Positions 1 through 8,846 of a stretch of DNA of 56,532 nucleotides are shown here, piece after piece. This DNA comes from Verrucomicrobiota bacterium. GTDB taxonomy: Bacteria > Verrucomicrobiota > Verrucomicrobiia > Limisphaerales > CANJSG01. Under the pieces are notes generated by a model. It was not told the origin of the DNA and did not search any database. It was given only the letters and a program-made list of their open reading frames with translations. Where the stretch lies: positions 1 to 56,532 of the forward strand of contig JBBQXJ010000023.1 of the NCBI GenBank assembly GCA_038209745.1, in the 5' to 3' direction. The translations under genes and the position numbers were made by a program. Position 1 is the stretch's first letter. Every line of letters begins with the position of its first letter.

Positions 1-566
1 GCCGTCAAGCCTGTTTGTCGGAATTATACGGACAACCACGGGGTTTTCCGGGCGAAACGGCCTTCCGCCGACCCTTGTCGAACCGACGCGCGGATCGCCC
101 TCCCAGGCCCCTTCCACGCGGTCATACGCCCTCTGTTTTCCCAAGGCTTTCGGCCACCGTTGCGTTTTTGGAGGGCCATTTTTGAGGCTGGGGATTTGCT
201 TCGATCCGACAATGTCGGAAAACACACCTGTTTCGGTAGCTGGAATTAAGATAAATAATATAAGAACCATTGATTCCGGCATGATTGTGTTCGCTGGGGA
301 ATGAAATTGAACCTCACACGCCAACCAAGGCACGCTTGCTTGATGCGAACGGAATTGAAGCGGAACAAGCTTCTCGGCTGCGAACCATTCACATGAGAAG
401 GAAAGATGGCCTACGTCAGACTGAACAAACCAACGCTATGCCCGTCTCGGGGCGCGGCCCCGGTCAACGCAGGGGCCTGGTTTTGCGAGCTTGTTTCATC
501 CCAGCACGCCCGGTTCGCCTTCGGTCAGGGTTGCGACTCGGTTCCGCGATGTCGCGCGAAACAATA

Positions 567-593
567 CAAAGGGACAGGTCAACAGTTTGAGAA
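567..593 (+). repeat. 27-bp direct repeat, copy 1 (CAAAGGGACAGGTCAACAGTTTGAGAA)
   Basis: 24/27 identical to 1102-1128, first 16 bp identical; marks the left edge of the Rhs fragment. Confidence 0.9.
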
Positions 594-1101
594 CCACTAC
601 CTATTCCTATGGGTTTGACGGGAGTTCCAAGGACGGAGACCTTGCCGCCGTGGCCTATTCCAGCGATCCCGTCTCCACTCCCGGGGCCAGCTACACCTAC
701 GACCGGATGGGCCGCCAGCAGACGGTGTCGCGTGGGGCCACCACCACGACCTTGGCGCTCAACTGGCTCGGGACGCCCATCGCCGAGTCCTACAGCGGCG
801 GCACCCTCGCCGGACTGTCCGTGACCAACGGCTACGACACTTACCTGAGACGGACCAAGCTCTACGCCAGTCCCGCCGCGTTCAGCGTCACCTACGGCTA
901 CGACTCGGCCTCCCGCCTCCAGACCGTCTCCGACGGCACCTATTCGGGCACCTACACCTACCTGCCGAACTCGCCGCTCGTCTATCAGCTGGATCTCAAG
1001 GAAACCACCAATCTCCGGCTTTCAACGATCAAGCAGTATGACACGCTGAACCGGCTCCAGACCGTCTTCAACACCCCGGCCTCAGGGGCGCTGCCCGTAT
1101 T
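594..1101 (+). pseudogene. Internal Rhs/YD-repeat protein fragment
   Basis: Within ORF 491..1120: YTYDRMGRQ, NGYDTYLRR, YGYDSASRL and QYDTLNRL YD-repeat units. No credible start, no Rhs core end or toxin tip; the Rhs-like sequence starts and stops at the direct repeats. Confidence 0.8.
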
Positions 1102-1128
1102 CAAAGGGACAGGTCAATAGTTAGAAAA
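1102..1128 (+). repeat. 27-bp direct repeat, copy 2 (CAAAGGGACAGGTCAATAGTTAGAAAA)
   Basis: Matches 567-593; sits between the Rhs fragment and the transposase (18 bp before its GTG). Confidence 0.9.
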
Positions 1129-1146
1129 ACCTTCGAACTCCATCCA

Positions 1147-2124
1147 GTGGCCTATTACCACTGCATTTCCCGGGTCGTGGACCGCCGGTTTATTTTGGGC
1201 GATGCGGAACGGGAACAGTTCGCGGCCTGGATGCGGCACTACGAAGCCTTCTGCGGGGTGCGCGTCGTCACCTACTGCATCATGTCCAATCACTTCCACA
1301 TTCTCGTGGAAGTGCCGCAACGGCCGGAAACCTTGCCGTCGGACGAAGTGCTGCTGGGCCAGTTGGAGCTCGGCTACAGCAAGGGTTTCGCCCAGACCAT
1401 CCGGCAACGATTGGAGATGTTGCCGGAGGACGAGCGGCAGGCGTTGCGGGAAAGCTTCTTCGCCCGGATGTGGGACCTGAGCGCGTTCATGAAGCTCTTG
1501 AAGCAGCGGTTCACCCAGTGGTTCAACAAGCAGCAGGGCCGCAAGGGCACGTTGTGGGAGGAGCGCTTCAAGAGCGTGTTGGTGGACGGAGCCGGGGAGG
1601 CCTTGGCCACGATGGCCGCTTATATCGATCTGAATCCCGTCAGGGCCGGCTTGGTGGACGATCCTAAGGACTACCGCTGGTGTGGCTACGCGGAGGCGGT
1701 GGCCGGGAAACGTGCCGCCCGGCAGGGCCTGCGCACCGTGATCATCGCCGCGCAACGGGCCGAAGCCACCTTGAACGAGTCTTTGACCCAATACCGCGTC
1801 TGGCTCTTCGGCCAAGGCGACCCGGAAGGGGTGAACCAACCGGGAGAGAGGCCGACGGTCCGGCGCGGCATCGATCCGGAACGCGTGAAGTCCGTGGTCG
1901 GCGACCATGGCAAGCTGGCGGTAACGGACTATCTCCGCTGCCGAGTCCGTTACTTCGTCGATGGCGCGGTTCTCGGCACCCGCGCCTACGTGGACGACGT
2001 GTTTGAGGAGAACCGGGAACGGTTCGGTCCAAACCGCCGGGACGGAGCCCGCAAACTGAAGCATCTCCAGTCCAACGCCCTCTTCAGCCTGCGGGATCTT
2101 CGGGTGCAGGCCGTAGTGGGATAG
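1147..2124 (+). CDS. REP-associated tyrosine transposase (RAYT; Y1/HUH, IS200-like)
   Basis: YYHCISRVVDRRF N-terminus, HUH motif YCIMSNHFHILV, GTLWEERFKS, catalytic-Tyr motif YIDLNPVRAGLV..P.DYRW; start uncertain. Confidence 0.9.
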   Translation: MAYYHCISRVVDRRFILGDAEREQFAAWMRHYEAFCGVRVVTYCIMSNHFHILVEVPQRPETLPSDEVLLGQLELGYSKGFAQTIRQRLEMLPEDERQALRESFFARMWDLSAFMKLLKQRFTQWFNKQQGRKGTLWEERFKSVLVDGAGEALATMAAYIDLNPVRAGLVDDPKDYRWCGYAEAVAGKRAARQGLRTVIIAAQRAEATLNESLTQYRVWLFGQGDPEGVNQPGERPTVRRGIDPERVKSVVGDHGKLAVTDYLRCRVRYFVDGAVLGTRAYVDDVFEENRERFGPNRRDGARKLKHLQSNALFSLRDLRVQAVVG

Positions 2125-2202
2125 CACGGTGACGCCGGCTCCCGTCGGCTCCGTGCTTCTATTCCGCACTTTGAGCGAGAAAAGTCCTTGCCTCTGGATT
2201 GG

Positions 2203-2228
2203 GTCCGCCTCGCCACCTCGGCGGCTAC
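2203..2228 (-). repeat. GTAG-headed REP-like palindrome (GTAGCCGCCGAGGTGGCGAGGCGGAC)
   Basis: GTAG head followed by CCGCC...GGCGG stem, between the RAYT and glgP stop codons. Confidence 0.6.
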
Positions 2229-2232
2229 GGGC

Positions 2233-4437
2233 TCACTTCGGCGCGTAATACTTGGTGGCGTAGTCCTTGACCATGCGGTTGGTGCTGAACTGGGCGGCGA
2301 GCGTGGCCATGGAGTGGCGGATCTTCTGGATCCATTTCCGCGGCACGCCTTGGGGGTCGCGTTCGAAGAAGCAGGGGACCACTTCCTCGGTCAGCGCTTT
2401 GTAGAGGTTGGCGCTGTCCTGCTGGTCCTGTTCCTCGACGTTGTCCGGATTGGAGTCGTCGCCGATGGCGAAGCCGTTGTGGCCGTCGTAGCCTTCCCTC
2501 CACCAGCCATCAAGGATGCTCAGGTTCAAGCAGCCGTGGACGGTGGTCTTCATGCCGGAGGTGCCGGAGGCTTCGAGCGGTCGGCGGGGGTTGTTCAGCC
2601 AGACGTCGCAGCCGGAGACCATCTGGCGGGCGACGTGGATGTCGTAGTTTTCGAGGAAGACGAGGTTGCCCTTGAGCTCGCTGAACTTGCTGAGGTGGAT
2701 GACCTTCTGGATGTATTTCTTGCCCTCGTCGTCACGGGGATGGGCCTTGCCGGCGAAGATGAACTGGACGGGGCGCTGGGCGTCGTGGACGAGCTTCACC
2801 ATGTTGTCGAACTGGTCGAAGATGAGCGGCGCGCGCTTGTAGGTGGCGAAGCGGCGGGCGAAGCCGATGGTGAGCGCGTCGGGATTGAGCAGGTGCTCGA
2901 AGGTGATGAAATCGTCCTGGGCCGTGCGGTGTCCCTGGGCCATGAGCCGTCGGCGGGCGAATTCGATCAACTCGCGGCGGAGCCGATAGCGGAGGGCCCA
3001 GAGCTCTTCGTCGCTGATGAATCCGGGGTCGGTGACCATCTTCCAGAATTCCGGGGTGTCGACTTCCTGCTCCCAATGGCTTGCGGATTTGGCTCTCCAG
3101 AAGCTGGTGATCTCACTGGAGACCGCTCCCGCGAGGGCGGGGTTGGCGGCGATGGCGGTTTTGCGCTTCCAGAAGCGGCGGACGGGGCCCTTCATCCAGC
3201 CCATGATGTGGATGCCGTTGGTGATGTGTCCGATGGGGACATCTTCGACCTTTTTGCCAGGGTAGAGCTCCTTCCACATGTGGCGGCTGACTTCGCCGTG
3301 GAGTTCGCTGACTCCATTGGCAGCACGGGAGAAGCGGAGGGCGAGCACGGTCATGCAGAAGGGCTCCGTCACGTCGGTCGGATCGACGCGGCCCAAGGCC
3401 ATGATGTCGTCGAATGTCACTTTGAGGCCGGTGGGCACCTTGTTCAGCGCATAGCCCATGAGATCCGCACTGAAGCGGTCGTGTCCGGCTTCGACCGGGG
3501 TATGGGTGGTGAAGATGCATTCCTGCGAGGTCAGGGCCTTGGCCTCTTCCAATGATTTGCCGGCAGTGAGCTTCTCGCGGATCAGCTCGAGGGTGAGGAA
3601 GGCGGCGTGGCCTTCGTTCATGTGGAAGGTGGAGGGCTGGTAGCCGAGCGCGCGCAGCAGGCGGACGCCGCCGATGCCCAGGAGGATCTCCTGCATGATG
3701 CGCGTGGTGCTGTCGCCGCCGTAGACCCGGAGGGCGAGATCGCGGAAGCGCGGTTCGTTCTCGGGCCGGTTGGTGTCGAGCAGGTAGACGGGGACGCGCC
3801 CGACGTTGACGCGCCAAGCCTGGAAGAAGACCTGCGTCATCGCGATGACCACGGAGCAGACGACCGGTTCGCCCTTGGGATCCAGGACGGGCTCCATGGG
3901 GAGGTTTTTCGGGTTCAGCAGGGTGTAGTACTCCGTCTGCCAGTTGTCCGGATTGATGGCCTGCTGGAAGTAGCCCTCCCGGTAGAACAGGCTGATGCCG
4001 GCAAAGCCGAGATCCAAATCGCTGGCTGCTTTGGTGTGGTCGCCGGCGAGGATACCAAGGCCGCCGGCGGCGATGGGGAGACTCTCATGGAAGCCGAATT
4101 CGGCCGAAAAATAGGCCACATGGCGCTGGTGGAGCTCGGGCGCGTTCTTTCGGCCCCACGTGTTCTGGTCGGCCATGTAGGTCTCGAAGTCCTTGAGCAC
4201 CTCGCGAACGCGCTTGGCGAACTCGGAATCCATCAACCGGGCGCGAAGCTCGGTCTCGCTCACCTCGTGGAGCACGGCGACGGCGTTGTGGTAGAGGTTC
4301 TGCCAGCCGCGGGGGGAAAGCTCCTGGAAGACTTCCTGGGCGCCCTGGTTCCAAGTCCACCATAGGTTGCGAGACAGCTTGTGGAGGCCGGCGATGGTCG
4401 CGTTGATGTCGCTCAGAGAAACAATGGCAGTGCTCAT
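2233..4437 (-). CDS. glgP: Alpha-glucan (glycogen/maltodextrin) phosphorylase
   Basis: NLWWTW, AYFSAEFG, GGLGILAGDH.K, HMNEGH, FARRFATYKR and PLP-site EASGTSGMK motifs; ATG at 4437 chosen as start. Confidence 0.95.
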   Translation of the reverse strand: MSTAIVSLSDINATIAGLHKLSRNLWWTWNQGAQEVFQELSPRGWQNLYHNAVAVLHEVSETELRARLMDSEFAKRVREVLKDFETYMADQNTWGRKNAPELHQRHVAYFSAEFGFHESLPIAAGGLGILAGDHTKAASDLDLGFAGISLFYREGYFQQAINPDNWQTEYYTLLNPKNLPMEPVLDPKGEPVVCSVVIAMTQVFFQAWRVNVGRVPVYLLDTNRPENEPRFRDLALRVYGGDSTTRIMQEILLGIGGVRLLRALGYQPSTFHMNEGHAAFLTLELIREKLTAGKSLEEAKALTSQECIFTTHTPVEAGHDRFSADLMGYALNKVPTGLKVTFDDIMALGRVDPTDVTEPFCMTVLALRFSRAANGVSELHGEVSRHMWKELYPGKKVEDVPIGHITNGIHIMGWMKGPVRRFWKRKTAIAANPALAGAVSSEITSFWRAKSASHWEQEVDTPEFWKMVTDPGFISDEELWALRYRLRRELIEFARRRLMAQGHRTAQDDFITFEHLLNPDALTIGFARRFATYKRAPLIFDQFDNMVKLVHDAQRPVQFIFAGKAHPRDDEGKKYIQKVIHLSKFSELKGNLVFLENYDIHVARQMVSGCDVWLNNPRRPLEASGTSGMKTTVHGCLNLSILDGWWREGYDGHNGFAIGDDSNPDNVEEQDQQDSANLYKALTEEVVPCFFERDPQGVPRKWIQKIRHSMATLAAQFSTNRMVKDYATKYYAPK

Positions 4438-4449
4438 AGGGAAAAACTG

Positions 4450-4485
4450 GAGGTCGCGACCGAAACTTTCGTCGGCCGCGACCTC
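4450..4485. repeat. 14-bp inverted repeat (GAGGTCGCGACCGA / TCGGCCGCGACCTC) just upstream of glgP
   Basis: Stem with one mismatch and an 8-nt loop, read directly. Confidence 0.55.
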
Positions 4486-4523
4486 GCGGAGGTTATGGAG
4501 GTCCAACTCCGACTCGCAAACGG

Positions 4524-4555
4524 AAAAACCCGCGGCTTTCGGGGCCGCGGGTTTT
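4524..4555 (-). terminator. Rho-independent terminator after the 4579..4893 gene
   Basis: AAAACCCGCGGC...GCCGCGGGTTTT perfect stem with A/T runs on both sides (possibly bidirectional). Confidence 0.75.
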
Positions 4556-4578
4556 GGAAACTGGGCTGTGGGAGCCGG

Positions 4579-4893
4579 TTACTTAGCCTTCGTCGTTTCG
4601 ATCTTGGAGATCGTGAGGATCTTTTTGCCGTCCTTCTCACTGACGGTGCCGGTGGCTTTGGCAGCGTGGGCTTCGGAGCATACTTCCTTGTGGAAGCCGG
4701 ACACGGGCTTGCCTTCGAGGTAGTAGGTGACGGTCTTTCCGTCCTTCTCGACCTGCAGCACGGTGGCGCAGGTCTTGGACAGCTTGAGGTCGCACTTGGC
4801 GCAGGTGGCTTTGCCACTGAGCGTCAGTTCTTCGGCCGAAGCGCTAAGGGCTGCGGCAACGAACAGACCGGTAAGGAGAGCGAGAGATTTCAT
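4579..4893 (-). CDS. Small secreted CxxC protein (DUF6370-like)
   Basis: Signal peptide (..ALSASA/EE), TLSGKATCAKCDLK, H.EVC, Lys-rich; followed by a terminator. Confidence 0.75.
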   Translation of the reverse strand: MKSLALLTGLFVAAALSASAEELTLSGKATCAKCDLKLSKTCATVLQVEKDGKTVTYYLEGKPVSGFHKEVCSEAHAAKATGTVSEKDGKKILTISKIETTKAK

Positions 4894-5040
4894 AAAGAGT
4901 TGTGTTTGGTTGACGGACGAAGAGTAGAAGCGCCTTGGCGGAGATCAAATGGAAAGTTTTCGGGTTTGACGCGAATTTTTCAGCTTGGTTGAGCACTGCC
5001 GCAACGGCCGCTGTCGAGTTTATTGCGGGAAATCAACGCC

Positions 5041-5307
5041 ATGAAAAAAGTCGAAGTATCGGTGCCTTGGTCAAAAGGGCTTCACTTGAGACCAGCCGCG
5101 CATCTTGTGCGGACGGCGAGTTGTTTCAGTTCCCAGATTCTCCTCAGACTCGGCACCCGGATGGCGGACGCCCGGAGCGTTCTCAACATTCTCCTGCTCA
5201 GCGCGACATTGGGCTCGACGTTGCACATCGAGATTTCTGGATCGGACGAGCACGAGGCGGAGCGGGCCATCCAGGACGTCTTCCGGGATTTGGACGTCCA
5301 GCCTTGA
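5041..5307 (+). CDS. ptsH: HPr-family phosphocarrier protein
   Basis: GLHLRPAA (His15 site), DARSVLNILLL (Ser46 site), GSDE.EA; 88 aa. Confidence 0.85.
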   Translation: MKKVEVSVPWSKGLHLRPAAHLVRTASCFSSQILLRLGTRMADARSVLNILLLSATLGSTLHIEISGSDEHEAERAIQDVFRDLDVQP

Positions 5308-5376
5308 TCGCAGGGAAAGGGTCGTTCCCGCGAAACTTCGTTGCTGCACCGGCGGGTGCGTTGACAGTGTCCTCCG

Positions 5377-6348
5377 ATGACTCATCTGTCGCGGGCCCGG
5401 GAAGTGTTCGATATCGAGATCGCCGCCCTCCAGTCCGTCCGGGACGGGCTGGACAAGTCCTTCGAGCTTATGGTCGCGCTGCTGCTGGAGATGCTGGCGC
5501 GGCGCGGGAAGATGGTCCTCGTCGGCATCGGCAAGTCCGGCAACGTGGCCCAGAAGATCGCCGCCACTTTCAACAGCACCGGCTGCACGGCCTTCGTCCT
5601 CAGCAGCGTCGATGCGCTCCATGGCGATGTGGGCATCGTCAGTGATGGCGACGTGGTCTTCGCCATGAGCTACTCGGGCGAGTCCGAGGAGTTGCTCCGT
5701 CTGCTTCCGGCCCTACGGCAATTCTCCGTCCAGATCGTGGCCCTGACCGGCGCGGCCCGTTCCTCGTTGGCCGAGGAGAGCGATCTGGTCCTCAACTGCC
5801 GTGTGCCGAAGGAAGCGTGCCCCTTCAATCTCGCTCCGACTTCCAGCACCACCGCCATGCTCGTGATGGGCGACGCATTGGCGATGGCGCTGCTCGATGC
5901 GCGGGGATTCAAGGAAAAGGACTTCGCCAGGCTGCATCCCAGCGGCGCCATCGGTCGGGCGCTCCTGCTGCGGGTGAAGGACATCATGCGTGCGGGAGCC
6001 CGCAACGCGGTCGCGCTGCAAAGCCTGACCGTCAAGGAAGCCTTGATGGTCATGACCAAGGCCAAATCGGGCAGCGTGAGCGTGGTGGACAAACGAGGCA
6101 AACTGACCGGCGTCTTCACCGACGGCGACTTCCGCCGTAGCATGGCCGAATCCGACTCCGTGCTGGGAACGCCGCTGGCCGAGGTGATGACGAAGAACCC
6201 TGTCAGTATCCGCGAAGACGCGCTCGCCGCCGAGGCGCTCCGCATCTTCAACGAGCGGAGCATCGACGACCTGATCGTGGTCAATGCCAAGAGGGAGCCC
6301 GTGGGGATGATCGATTCCCAGGATCTGCCGAAGCTGAAGCTGACGTGA
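5377..6348 (+). CDS. kdsD: Arabinose-5-phosphate isomerase (KpsF/GutQ family; SIS + 2 CBS)
   Basis: GIGKSG, ALHGDVG, SYSGES, EACPFNLAPTSST, FARLHPSGAIG, FTDGD. Confidence 0.92.
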   Translation: MTHLSRAREVFDIEIAALQSVRDGLDKSFELMVALLLEMLARRGKMVLVGIGKSGNVAQKIAATFNSTGCTAFVLSSVDALHGDVGIVSDGDVVFAMSYSGESEELLRLLPALRQFSVQIVALTGAARSSLAEESDLVLNCRVPKEACPFNLAPTSSTTAMLVMGDALAMALLDARGFKEKDFARLHPSGAIGRALLLRVKDIMRAGARNAVALQSLTVKEALMVMTKAKSGSVSVVDKRGKLTGVFTDGDFRRSMAESDSVLGTPLAEVMTKNPVSIREDALAAEALRIFNERSIDDLIVVNAKREPVGMIDSQDLPKLKLT

Positions 6349-6446
6349 TGGTGCGGGACCGCATCGCGAGGAGCGCCCTTTCGATGCTGCGATTTCCCTG
6401 GGTGGCAATGGGTTTCCCGTGAAACCAACTGGGGAACGGAGCGAGA

Positions 6447-7508
6447 TCAGGGGGCAACGATCTCTGCCGGTTTGGAGAAGAGCTGCCAGTGGTCCGGAGG
6501 GACATTTCTGAACGCCTCGGCAAAGCGGGGACTTGTGGACGCCTCGCCGGTGACGTCACGGATCAGGATTCGTCGGATCTGGTCGGGATGTGCGCGGAAG
6601 ATGGTGCCGTAGGTCTCGGGGTCCTTCTCACCGGAATCGCCGACGAGGATGAAGTCCCGCAGGGGAAACTGAGCGAGCAAATGGCGGAGTTCCCTCAGCT
6701 TGTATTCTTCCGACGTGTCGGTGCCGAAGAGTTCGTCGCGGATCCGGATGGCGCGCATCACGACGGAGCGTGAGGGAAAGCCGTTGGTGTGGAGGAAGCC
6801 GTCGAGGGCGGGGTAGAGTTGCCAGGGTCCGGCGGAGAGATAGTGGAAGGCCGCACCGTCGCGGGTGTGCCAGTTTCGATAGAGCGGCGCCATGTTGGCG
6901 ACGGCTTGGAACGGGCGGGCGAACGTGTTCAGCGACGCTTCATGATGGTTCCGCACGTCGGTGATCTTGATGGTGTCGTCGATGTCCGAGACGACGGTGA
7001 GCCCGCGTTTTGAAACGAACTCCACCGGGCCGGTGAAACGGCGTTTGTCTCCCGAAGGCAGCACGGCTTCGACCGCCAACGGCTTCTCCAGGTTTGGATC
7101 GGAAGGGATCAGCACAATTCCGGCAAACGCCCCGGAGCCGTCGGTGGGCGCCAGATCTTGGTCCACTGGGCCGATACGAACGCGGACCGTTCTCCGGCTT
7201 TCGGCGTCGATCAGGAACGGCTTGGTCCGCTCGAGGAAGATGCGGCGTTCTTCGTCCGACCAGGTGTCGTCGTCGAGGCCGAGGTATTTGCGGAGCACGA
7301 GCCTGGCGCCGGGCCGGCTTTCGGGTTCATACACGAAGCCTCGTACGGAGATCTCCCAGCCATCGGCAGTTTCGCGGGCGATGGCGGGCAGGAAGACGAT
7401 TTGCTCGTCGGATTTGACCTGGGCCGCAGTCATCCGGCGCCCCGTCCACAGGCATGCGATGAGGATGGTCGCTGCAGCGACGGACCGGCAAATGCGGCGG
7501 GTGGCCAT
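6447..7508 (-). CDS. App1/DUF2183-type phosphatidate phosphatase family protein
   Basis: VSDIDDTIK (DxDxT), HYLSAGPWQLY, LVGDSGEKDPETY, ILIR. Confidence 0.8.
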   Translation of the reverse strand: MATRRICRSVAAATILIACLWTGRRMTAAQVKSDEQIVFLPAIARETADGWEISVRGFVYEPESRPGARLVLRKYLGLDDDTWSDEERRIFLERTKPFLIDAESRRTVRVRIGPVDQDLAPTDGSGAFAGIVLIPSDPNLEKPLAVEAVLPSGDKRRFTGPVEFVSKRGLTVVSDIDDTIKITDVRNHHEASLNTFARPFQAVANMAPLYRNWHTRDGAAFHYLSAGPWQLYPALDGFLHTNGFPSRSVVMRAIRIRDELFGTDTSEEYKLRELRHLLAQFPLRDFILVGDSGEKDPETYGTIFRAHPDQIRRILIRDVTGEASTSPRFAEAFRNVPPDHWQLFSKPAEIVAP

Positions 7509-7530
7509 GGAGTGAAGCGGTGCCGTGGAC

Positions 7531-8661
7531 TCAGGCCGCGGCCGGTTTGTTCGCCATCATCGCGAGAGTCGCCTCGCAGACGGCGCGGGCGGCATCGGGC
7601 CGGCCGAGGGCCTTCGCGGCGGCGGCGGTCTGCGCGAGTCTGGCGGAGCCGAGGAGTTTCTTGAGCTGGAAGCCGAGGTCTTGCACGCGGTTCGCTTTGA
7701 AGGCGGCACCGTGGGAAAGGAGGAAGTCGCTGTTGGCGGCTTCCTGGCCGGGGATGGGATTGAGGATGAAGAGCGGTTTGCCGAGAGCCAGCGCTTCGGA
7801 AGAAGTGAGCCCTCCGGGCTTGGTGATGATGAGATCCGAGACGGTCATCAGCTCGTGCATGTTCTTGCTGAAGCCGAGGACATCGGTGGCGTGGGTTCGG
7901 TCCTGCACGGCGAGTTCGCGGCGCAGAGCCTCGTTGCGGCCGGCAACAACGAGCGTTTGAAAATGGCCCGGCACCTTGTCGAGTTCCGCCAAGATTTCCG
8001 CCACGGGCCCCATGCCGAAGCCGCCGCCGAGCACGAGCAGGGTGGGGATGTCGTCCCGCAGGCCGTAACGGCGACGGACTTCGAGCCGGTCGATCGGTTG
8101 GCTGAACTTCGACCCGATGGGGATTCCGGTGACGACGATCTTCGCCGGGTCCATGCCCCTGGCGGCCATGCTCGCGCCGGTTTCGTCCGCGGCGACGCAG
8201 ACAAGGTCGGCTGAAGGCTCCAGCCAGAAGCTGTGCGCCTCGAAGTCGGTGACGATGCAGACAGCCCGGGTGTCGAGGCGCTGCTTCGACCGCAAATGGC
8301 CTATGATCTCCAAAGGCAGGTAGTGCGGGCAAAGGACGACGTCGGGCTGGAACTCGGCCAGCAGCTTGGCGAAGCCGCGCGCGCTTTTGTGGGAGAGGCT
8401 TCTCCGGAAATCGAGCGTCCGTGCCAGCTTGGCGGGGTCGTCCGACTTCTTGAAAGCGTAGGCGTAGAGCTCAGGAACCGCTTCGACGAGCTTCACATAG
8501 CCGTCGACGTAGAATTTGCGGATCAGCTTCGGGGCGAAGTCGAGGACGTCGACCGTCTGGATGGTGTCCTTCGGCCGGAGCGATTTCCACGATTCCTCCA
8601 AGGCCCGGGCAGCGGCCAAGTGTCCCGCTCCGGCGGTGACGGTGGCGATGAGAACGCGCAT
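7531..8661 (-). CDS. MGDG synthase/UgtP-like GT28 diacylglycerol glycosyltransferase
   Basis: GAGHLAAA.AL, VTDF.AH..W, TGIPI, ITKPGGLTSSEAL, PIPGQEAAN. Confidence 0.88.
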   Translation of the reverse strand: MRVLIATVTAGAGHLAAARALEESWKSLRPKDTIQTVDVLDFAPKLIRKFYVDGYVKLVEAVPELYAYAFKKSDDPAKLARTLDFRRSLSHKSARGFAKLLAEFQPDVVLCPHYLPLEIIGHLRSKQRLDTRAVCIVTDFEAHSFWLEPSADLVCVAADETGASMAARGMDPAKIVVTGIPIGSKFSQPIDRLEVRRRYGLRDDIPTLLVLGGGFGMGPVAEILAELDKVPGHFQTLVVAGRNEALRRELAVQDRTHATDVLGFSKNMHELMTVSDLIITKPGGLTSSEALALGKPLFILNPIPGQEAANSDFLLSHGAAFKANRVQDLGFQLKKLLGSARLAQTAAAAKALGRPDAARAVCEATLAMMANKPAAA

Positions 8662-8846
8662 GTGGGAATCGGTGTATCAGCCGACGTGCGGATGTGCAGC
8701 TGGAAACCAACTGAATCGGGCGACGCTTCGGGATATCGGGAAATTCCCTACGAATCATGAGGGGTGAAGGGCAGAACCAATCAGCCAAGGGGAGCTTGCA
8801 TCTATTCTTGGTATCTGTCAGAAGTGTCCAAGATTTGAGCATATCA

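Noticed and set aside
328..344. Sigma-54 promoter (GGCACG...TTG), also considered near 39688-39706
   Set aside because: The GG-to-GC spacing does not fit the -24/-12 consensus.
567..1128. CRISPR array interpretation of the 27-bp direct repeats
   Set aside because: Only two copies, a 508-bp spacer, a non-palindromic repeat and no cas genes in the window.
1147..2124. Classical IS200/IS605 element with tnpB
   Set aside because: The protein is 325 aa with RAYT-type motifs, and there is no tnpB or pair of subterminal hairpins.
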